DNA of 62,495 bases, counting the filler, from Kipferlia bialata (taxonomy: Eukaryota): NCBI GenBank assembly GCA_003568945.1. It is 5 parts of 5 records of this genome, joined end to end, with 100 filler letters (N's around TTAATTAATTAA, not from the genome) between each part and the next. Parts side by side here need not be neighbours in the genome. Positions count along the whole stretch, not along the records: positions 52,974 to 59,545 come from BDIP01000532.1; positions 59,646 to 62,495 come from BDIP01000626.1; 3 more parts are not named here. One strand, 5' to 3'. The position numbers and the translations under genes were made by a program. This document shows, in pieces, positions 53,482 to 62,495 of the stretch (its first letter is position 1; each line of letters starts with the position of its first letter). The notes under the pieces are model-generated. The model worked only from the letters and a program-made list of their open reading frames with translations, was not told where the DNA came from and did not search any database.

Positions 53482-54842
53482 TCCCCCTCCCCCATGGCCC
53501 AGAGGGCAGGAGTGGATAGGCTATCAAGGTATATACAGTATATATGTATAGAGAGAGAGAGAGAGAGAGTCCCCCTCCCCCATGGCCCAGAGAGCAGGGG
53601 TGGATAGGCTATCAAGGTATATACAGTATACAGTACTTGTGCATGTAGAATAGTGTCTCCTTACCCCCGGGTCCAGGGCACAGTATGTTACATATGTTAT
53701 ATGTTATACATTGTATATCCAGCTACTCTTAACTCGCAGGCCCAGGGCAGGCAGGACAGTGTCCAGCAGCAGGAGGGACAGGAGGTCACCATCGCCAGGT
53801 ATATACATTCAATATTACACGACATTTATACAATCTCAGTACAGTATCCCTGACTATCCTCTGCTTCGCCGTAAGTCCCCTCCCACCCCCCATATCTACT
53901 CATCCTCCACTGTGCATTATATATATGTATCTCTGATACAAGGTCTGCGCCGCCGTCGGTCCCCCTCCCCCGCCAAGAGTGTGAGGTATCAGCATCAGTA
54001 TCTCTAACGTCTATACTCAGTGTATATGTCTGTATCAGCATCAGTATCTCTATCGTCTATACTCAGTATATATGTCTGTATCATTACATCGTTTAGTATC
54101 TCTATTATTGTGTTTTATACTTATACTCAGGTCAACTACCAGCAGGGCGTCGTCCAGATCAAGGTCCAGGGCTGGGTCAGTCGGTACGTACACATATATA
54201 TATATATATATAGTAGGACAGAGAGAGAGAGAGAGAGGGAGCATCATCAAGGTCAAGGTCCATGGCTGGGTCAGTGGGTACAGCTGTGTCTGTATGGATA
54301 CATTTATTGGATATTCTTCTCAATTACCTAGTACTAATAGTTTCTCTCATCCCAAGGCAAGAGAGGGGTGTCCCCCAGGAGGCCAGCGGGACGGACAGCG
54401 AAGGTGAGTATCATTATATATTAGTATATATGTTATATTACTATATATATTATACATGAGTAGTAGTAGATATCTATATAGGGGATGGACTGGTCTCCCA
54501 GGAGGCCAGCGGGACGGACAGCGAAGGTGAGAAGTAGTATCTATCTCTCTCTTTCTAGTCATTGTCGAGCCTTTATATATACTGATACTTCGCTTACGAT
54601 GATATTTCAATATATACTAGGCCTAGTATATCCGGGACGGACAACGAAGGTGAGGAGAGATGCTATATACATGTCTCTCTCTGATAGACACACTTCTGTG
54701 TATCTCTGTCATATTCCTACATACACATCCCATACACTATATATCCTCTCTATTGGCCTCTTACCCTGCAGGCCAAGGCTGTGACCAGACCACCCCCTGT
54801 GCCATCTGTACCCAGACAGAGAGAGAGAGAGAGGGAGAGGGA

Positions 54843-54874
<32 letters not shown>

Positions 54875-55323
54875 CCAGGAGGGAGAGAGAGAGGGAGAGA
54901 GAGAGATCGCTCTCCCGCAGGGGTACCTCTAGGGAGAGAGTCCCTGAGACGGTCACTCGCAAGAAGCGGGATAGAGAAAAGGGGGATAGAGAGAGAGAGA
55001 GAGAGAAGAGGAAGAGTGTGGACAAGGACGCCCTTCGTAGGGTGCTAGAGTTCCTAGATGATGGAGGGAGTGACAGTGAGGGGAGTGTCTCCTCGGACAC
55101 ACCTAGGGAGAGAGAGAGAGAGAGAGGGTCTAGGGAGAGACCATCTAGGGCATCTAGACCCTCTAGAGATAGGGGGAGAGGGAGGGAGAGAGGGTCCAGG
55201 AGGTCCAGCAGCAGGAGGGATAGAGAGAGGGGGGGAGAGGGAGTAGACTCCGATAAGGTGGTCAGTTTGCTAGACTCCCGCCTGAGTGTGCTCCAAGAGC
55301 TGATGGAGCAAAAGAGGAAATAG
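52993..55323 (+). CDS. Arg/Ser/Glu-rich low-complexity protein, C-terminal exons
   Basis: Exons ...RGRSPSPMAQRAGVDRLSR; RRRRSPSPAKSVR; STTSRASSRSRSRAGSV; long last exon ending VVSLLDSRLSVLQELMEQKRK*. Confidence 0.6.
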
Positions 55324-55499
55324 ATGTATCATTAGTGAAACCGATGTATGTATTCTGTGTCACTGCGTGGCTCTCAATTTGTGGCTCACTGATTGTGGTC
55401 TCTCTACCTTACAGTTATATATGTTATGATGCTTAATAATATATATATAATTAATATAATAATATATTATATATATATAATTAATGCTCTGCAGGATGG

Positions 55500-56007
55500 G
55501 TCTCTTCGCGGAGCACTCTCCATATCTATTCATTTGTGGTAGGCCCAATACACTGCGTGCTGGTGAATGAATAGGACTATATATGACTGCACAACATGAC
55601 CTATGAATCTGGGCACCCCACCAATGCACCCAGAGACATAAGGGCTCTATGTTACCACAGATATACATAGATACACACAGGGGGGGTGCACCAGATGACA
55701 GCATAGGTGCCTTCCCTCATACAATATGTGCATACATATCACCAGGAGGGACCCCTAGGACCCCATACAATATATGTGTACACATATTCACCCATAGGGA
55801 TCCGTAGAGCTCTGCTCACCAGAGGCTGGACGTCCTCGTGGGTGTCATGCAATACCCGAAAGCTGCAACACTACTTTGGAGAGATCACGGGCAGTCACAA
55901 ACACAGGGTCTGGTTCCCTAGGTAGGACAGGGTACACACACCGCTGGATCCATGGGTTGGTATCAGTATCAGTATCAGTATCTGGCTCACAAGGAGCAGA
56001 GAGAACA

Positions 56008-56047
<40 letters not shown>

Positions 56048-56490
56048 TTACTGCAGGTCTGTGACGAATGCCTCTGCCAGTGCCACATTCCTAGTGGTGT
56101 TCTGGTGCATCACCTGGGTGTCAATAATATATATATTCAACATATACACAAAAAATACATGAGTGGCATCAAAAATTCACTCCAACAACCGTGATACTTT
56201 CCTAGTGGTGTTCTGGTGCATCACCTGGGTGTCAGTAATTCAGAAGGAACCCACTCATAGCACTAGTATCAGGACTTAACTATACAATGAGGACTTCAAT
56301 AAGTGTAATATTCGTTCCCCCAGTCATAGATGAGTAGTCTCAGTGTCACATATGCGCTTACCTCAATCACTGAGAAGACCTCCTCATACGCCGCCTCCAT
56401 CTCATCCAAAGTGGCAGCACACACCTCCTTGGCACGCTCCACCGGGTCGTGCGTAGTCTCTACAATGCTGACTGGTAGGGGAGAGCTCAT
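55500..56490 (-). CDS. Small hypothetical multi-exon protein, divergent from HSP90; 3' end uncertain
   Basis: MSSPLPVSIVETTHDPVERAKEVCAATLDEMEAAYEEVFSVIE|VMHQNTTRNVALAEAFVTDL.|EPDPVFVTARDLSK with GT-AG boundaries. Confidence 0.5.
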
Positions 56491-56834
56491 GATAGTGTCT
56501 GAGTGCACTCACAAACGTGCTGTGTAGAGAGAGGCAGACTCATATCGGAATAGTCGATCTAGCCCAAACCCTTTTTCCAGAGTGATTCAGACAAAAATCC
56601 AGTAGATGTGGTATATATACACTATAGGGCAGAATAGACACAGATAGGACGCCTACAAGGGTTATATTTCTCTTGGGCAGCACAGAATCACACATATTTT
56701 CATTTCTAGGGCTTTGTGGCGGGATTGATCGTCAAAATCAAATTGATTAGATTAAACATCTGAGAATCAACTTTAGTCATCAATCAGAGAGTGATCATGC
56801 CGCGGCCTCCTTTTTGTCCAACACACTCAGAAAG

Positions 56835-59457
56835 ATGTCCGAGTCTGCCGTGGAGACCTTCGAGGTGAGTGCATAAGTGGTATATGTACTTCTGAGTGGG
56901 CTGTGGAGCCTCAGGTTGTGAGAATTGGAGAAATGTGATTTGAGTTCCGTTTCCGAGTCCTTTCAGTTGTGTTATCGCCGCGAGGGCGACTCTTTTGGTC
57001 TCAACTTGGAGTTGGTTGCTTTATGCTTCTTAGTTGTTGGTTATAATTGTTGTTGCAGCATGTTTAGTGGCACTGTACCAGATATGTCATCAGCTAGTCT
57101 CACCCCCAGTTCGAGGCTCAGATCAGCCAGCTGATGAGCCTCATCATCAACACCTTCTACTCCAAGAAGGAGGTGTTCCTCAGAGAGCTGATCTCCAACG
57201 CCTCTGATGCTCTGGACAAGATCAAGTATGTGTGTGGTGTATCTACATATATATCTTGTCAGGCATAGTCGTGTAGTGGTGTTGTAGAGTGTGGATACTC
57301 CCTCTTATCTCAGGTACCAGTCCCTCACTGACGAGTCTGCCCTTGCCACCACCGGTGACATGAAGATCCAGATCATCCCCGATCTCGAGAACAAGACCCT
57401 CATCATCCGTGATACCGGTATCGGCATGACCAAGGCCGACCTCATCCAGGTATACACATACCTATATGTATAGTAGATGGCCTCTATTTGAATGTGTCAT
57501 ATAGTCACAGACACAGAGGTTCTTGCCCCCCCCCCCCCCTCCCCCCCACTCATCATTTTCTCAATACTCGTCTGCCCTCTCTTCTTGTATCCTCTCCCTC
57601 ACCCCAGAACCTTGGAACCATCGCCAAGTCCGGCACCAAGCAGTTCATGCAGATGATCAACGAGGGCGCCGACCTCTCCCTCATTGGACAGTTTGGAGTG
57701 GGATTCTACTCTGCCTACCTCGTGGCCCACACTGTGGACGTTGTCTCCAAGAACAACGACGACGGATGCTTCCTCTGGAGGTCCACCGCCGGCGGCTCCT
57801 TCACTGTCGAGCCCGTCGAGCGCGAGGTACACTACTCCCCTCTCTCTCATTTTATTCTCTACACTCTTTTTCATCCGTTTTTGTCTTCAGCGATGACCTC
57901 ACCCTCCAGGACATGAAGCGCGGAACTGAGATCATCCTTCACATGAAGGAGGACCAGATGTCCTACCTCGAGGAGGCCTCCATCAAGGACCTCGTCAAGA
58001 AGCACTCCCAGTTCGTCGGATTCCCCATCGAGCTCATGACCACCAAGGTACAGCCATGCACACACTCTCTCTCTCTCTCTCTCTCTCTTGTATATATATG
58101 TGTGTGTATATCACACCGTTGCTGACCCACAGGAGGAGGAGGAGGAGGTCCCCGTTGAGGAGGAGGACGTCGAGGCCGAGGAGAAGAAGGAGGGCGAGGT
58201 ATGTACATGCACATATATACATATACAGTCATATGTTCTCATACAATAGTGTGTCTCTATATGCATATCTCACCCCCAGGAGGGAGACGCCGAGGAGGCC
58301 TCTGAGGAGGAGGAGGAGGGCGAGGAGAAGAAGCCCAAGACCACCACCATCAAGAAGGAGGTCAAGGAGTTCGAGCTCCTCAACGAGCAGACCGCCATCT
58401 GGACCCGCCCCGCCTCTGAGGTCACCGAGGAGGAGTACGCCGCCTTCTACAAGGTACAGTATAGTGTATATATATTGTGTACACATATAACTACCTGTCA
58501 CTCTATGCCTGACCCCCTCTCACCCTCCAGGAGCTCACCAACGACTGGGAGAAGCACCTTGCCGTCAGGCACTTCAACGTCGAGGGACAGGTCCAGTTCC
58601 GTGGAGTTCTCTACATCCCCGGCCGTGCCCCCAACGACATGTACGTCTCTCTCTCTCTCTCTCTCTCTCTCATGGACACTTGATACTTGATACTCTCTCA
58701 CCCTCCAGGTTCGAGTCCAAGAAGAACTCTCTCTCTCTATATATATACATATATAATCCTTAATGCTCTCCCTTTGCACCCTCTCACCCCCCAGGTTTGA
58801 GTCCAAGAAGAAGCACTCTGGCATCAAGCTCATGGTGAGGAAGGTGTTCATCACCGACGAGCTCGCCGACCTCGTGCCCGAGTGGCTCGGATTCGTCCGC
58901 GGAGTCCTCGACTTCAACGACCTCCCCCTCAACATCTCCCGTGAGACCCTCCAGCAGTCCAAGCTCGTCAAGAAGATCAGGAAGCAGGTCGTCAAGCAGG
59001 TCCTGACCCTCCTGTCCGAGCTCGCTGAGGACACCGAGGTTCGTGGTTCGATTCCCTCTCCTGTTATATTTCTCTTCTGACTCCCAGGAGTACAACAAGT
59101 TCTACAAGCTCTTCGGCCGCAACCTCAAGCTTGGAATCCACGAGGACTCTGCCAACAGGGACAAGCTCGCCAAGCACCTCCGCTACCACTCCACCAAGGT
59201 ATATATTACATATATACATTATATACACCATGTTATTCATATAGAGTGGTGCTGACCCCCAGGCCGACGAGGAGATGACCTCTCTCGACGACTACGTCAC
59301 TCGCATGCCCGAGCACCAGAAGAACATCTACTACCTCACTGGTGAGTCCCGTGCCGAGATTGAGGCCTCTCCCTTCCTGGAGCGCCTTGCTGAGAAGGGC
59401 TTCGAGGTCCTTTACATGGACGAGGCCATCGATGAGTACGCCCTCACCTACCTCAAG
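56835..59457 (+). CDS. HSP90: Cytosolic heat shock protein 90, 3'-truncated by the contig end
   Basis: [48 protein letters not shown]..., [36 protein letters not shown], acidic linker, DLPLNISRE. No signal peptide; 11 exons visible. Confidence 0.97.
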
Positions 59458-59495
59458 GTATATACATATATATACACATACATATATTCCTCATC

Positions 59496-59536
<41 letters not shown>

Positions 59537-59589
59537 CCCCCCCCCNNNNNNNNNNNNNNNNNNNNNNNNNNNNNNNNNNNNNNNNNNNN

Positions 59590-59601
59590 TTAATTAATTA
59601 A
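59590..59601. other. Artificial contig-joining spacer
   Basis: TTAATTAATTAA in an N run. Confidence 0.95.
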
Positions 59602-59754
59602 NNNNNNNNNNNNNNNNNNNNNNNNNNNNNNNNNNNNNNNNNNNNCGTCTCCTTCTCCTCCCACCTAGACATCGAGTATCTCTCTCTCTCTATATATATA
59701 CATATATATATATATGTATATACTCTCACTCTCTCTATTCTTCCTAACCGTCAG

Positions 59755-60462
59755 AGTGTCTCCTTCTCCTCCCACCTGGACATTGAGAACATCATCTGGC
59801 AGAAGCTCCTTGCCAATGCATCCACTAACTGTGTGGCTGCCATGACCGGTATGGGCATTCTCCCTCTCTCCCTCTCTCTCTTACCTTCCTCTCTTATGAC
59901 TGGTGCAGTTGTCCTGATAGAGGAGTGTAATCTATTATTATGTAGTATTATGTAATCTATTATCGTGAAGTGTTCAATCTATTGTCGTTTAGTATTGTTA
60001 TCTATCTGTGGCCTAGTTCCTATTCAATATTGCCCTAACTGCCAGGTCTGACTGCAATCCACATCCTGGCCAACGAGTCTACCAGGTACACTGAGTTCTT
60101 GACATATATGCTCATCAGCTATAGCTATACACAAACGAATCCACCAAGTACACTGAGTGTACAACAATTGCATGTGTATATACAGTGCTATACATTACTC
60201 ACCCCCTCAGATCCCTTCTCGAGGGCCTTGCTGAGGAGGTGGCACAGGTCGCTAGGGCTAAGGTATATATGGACGCATATATGTGTATGTACCTATAATG
60301 ATAGATAGGGAGAGAGAGAGAGAGTCTGAGGAGGTGGCACAGGTCGCTAGGGCAAAGGTATATGCATATACATGTCTTGGAGAGAGCGTAGCAGCACTAC
60401 CTTTCTCCATTCTCCTGTGTGCTTAACCCTTGAGGTCCCTCCTTCCATTGATGACCCCAGAA

Positions 60463-60497
<35 letters not shown>

Positions 60498-61643
60498 GTG
60501 TGTATATGTCTTTCTAACCCTTCAGGACCTATCCTTCCCTGCCCTTGATGACCCCGCTGGCTATGTCTGCACAGGGTTTGCTGGGACAAAGGACAACAAG
60601 GTAATGATATATATATGTATATATGTAGGATAATACATACATACATATTATGCCACTGGCTATGTCTGCACAGGCTTCTCTGGAACAAGGGACAACAAGG
60701 TAATGATATATATATATATATATTAGGATAGTACATACATACATATTGTGCCACTGGCTATGTCTGCACAGGGTTTGCTGGGACAAAGGACAACAAGGTG
60801 TGTGCTTCTATTCTGATGTGTAGTTATATATATATATATACATGTATATACATATATATGTGTGTCTGCACAGGCTTCGCTGGAACAAAGGACAACAAGG
60901 TTATGTCTTTATCTCTGTATAGACTGTTCCCCATCTTTCACCTGTGTCCTATTCACTGTCTTTCCCTACATATCTTGGATTGGAAAAATTGTTCACTCAT
61001 TTAGTGCAAGTGTATCTTCTCTCACCCCAGGTCTCCATGCTTCAGGACATCCCCTTTCTCTCTCTCTCTCTCTCTCTTATATGTATATTTACATATATAT
61101 TTATCCATATATACTTACCCCCAGGTCTCCATGCTGCAGGACATCGAGGCCGGTAGACCCACAGAGATTGGCACACTCAATGAGGCCATTTGCAAGGAGG
61201 GGAAGGTATGGGAATACGTGTCAAGTATCTGCACTTGAAGTACACATATTTGAGTTGTCTTGATGCATATATGTATACTCATCCTCCAGGCCCTTGGTGT
61301 GCCCACGCCACTCAATGCATTCGCTTCCCAGGTCATCAGGTACACAAGTGTATCAATATATAGATATATTATATAGATGTATTATCGATATACACATACT
61401 CCCTCGTATACTCTCTCATTGTCCCAGGTTATCAGGTACACTGGTATACTATATATATTTTTGATTAATAATAGGTATAGTCTCTCGTATACTCTCTCAC
61501 TGTACTCATCCCAGGGGCAAGGAGCTCATACTCACATATATACATGGATATGTAACTATACTATTTACATATATCCATATTCTCTTTTGGGTAATTGTTG
61601 ACTTACCCCCAGGGGCAAGGAGGTCTGCAACTCCCTGGCGTAA
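59755..61643 (+). CDS. panE: 2-dehydropantoate 2-reductase (ketopantoate reductase, PanE/ApbA family), C-terminal 7 exons
   Basis: DIENIIWQKLLANASTNCVAAMTG|...LAEEVAQVARAK|...NK|VSMLQDIEAGRPTEIGTLNEAICKEGK|ALGVPTPLN.. contains the ApbA_C motifs WxKLxxN, SMLQD and TEI..LN. Confidence 0.88.
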
Positions 61644-62452
61644 TCAATGCATATTGAATACAAGACAGCTATTTCGGCAGCATACAACCACCAGAGAGAC
61701 ATGTGATCCACGTTGCAGAGGTCCCATGCATGAGAAGTATACATGGCAATGGGTGTATACATACGCTGTACTCGATGACACGAGACCAACTATATATGCT
61801 GTGGGTGCAACCTAACCTCTTTCTAAGAACCCCTTTCAATGAGGCTCTTTCTAAACTTCCTATCCGTATTAAATTCCGTTTGACCTCCGTAACATGTCAT
61901 AAGCAGTTCCTCTCAGTATTCAAGAAGACCCGATCGCAATAATGCCTTGTGTCTATTGATTCATTAGTATAACGTCTAAACGGTCTCTTTCAGTCTCTCT
62001 CTGAATCGTCTGTTCCTCTTCCGAGTCGGGTCTCTCCACTGCTGTTACTGTTCTGAATCCTTTAGAACCCAGTGACACCACTTCTCTGAGGTTTCACTTA
62101 GGTGTGTTGGGTCCAGGGTAGTGAAGTCTTATGCTATGAATCATAGCCTATGATGGGTGCATATCATACGAAATGTGGTTCTATATATCAGTGTCTTTCG
62201 ATGACTCTGTTTAAGAAGCTAGTTGTCTGTCAGTATCGTATAGATGTGAAGTATGTATGTGTTATGTGTGGAGACATATTCTACCCCCCCCCCAGACATT
62301 CTTCTTCTCATGTCCCAAATACAATACCGACCCTATCCTCTCTCTCTACCTCCCTCCCTTCCCCCAGCCGCACACATTAGTCATCTGGAATAATCACTTG
62401 TTCCCATCGTGTGTGTGACTACATGAATTACTATCTCACTCTGTCATATCAG

Positions 62453-62490
<38 letters not shown>

Positions 62491-62495
62491 ACCCA

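Noticed and set aside
58498..59098. Antisense ORFs overlapping HSP90 (similarly within the CHAT and GlnRS genes)
   Set aside because: Shadow frames caused by GC3-rich codon usage of the sense gene.
62454..62494. Poly-C/G tracts at contig ends as telomeres or G-quadruplex elements
   Set aside because: These are homopolymers that also occur inside introns; they most likely mark where short-read assembly broke.

Overview
Eukaryotic, very intron-dense, microsatellite-rich protist DNA. The window is five unrelated contigs joined by artificial N-TTAATTAATTAA-N spacers (approx. 1-17577, 17678-35226, 35327-52873, 52974-59545, 59646-62495). The short GT-AG introns with a branch point almost fused to the acceptor, plus the gene content, suggest a free-living metamonad such as Kipferlia; this is an inference and was not checked. 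By splicing exons by eye I recovered an LMW protein-tyrosine phosphatase, a RING-H2/ARM-repeat protein, an aldo-keto reductase pseudogene, a degenerate SET protein, a coiled-coil/SPRY protein, a RING/coiled-coil protein, an orphan GlnRS last exon, a saposin-like protein, a kinesin, cytosolic HSP90, a ketopantoate reductase and several hypothetical genes. Two things stand out. (1) An intronless 1105-aa CHAT (caspase-like) protease-STAND NTPase-TPR gene with a bacterial NLR-like architecture sits between two diverged direct repeats, next to the saposin gene. (2) Most multi-exon genes carry 'echo' copies of exon ends, with their splice sites, inside neighbouring introns, and these copies differ from the real exon mostly at synonymous third codon positions.
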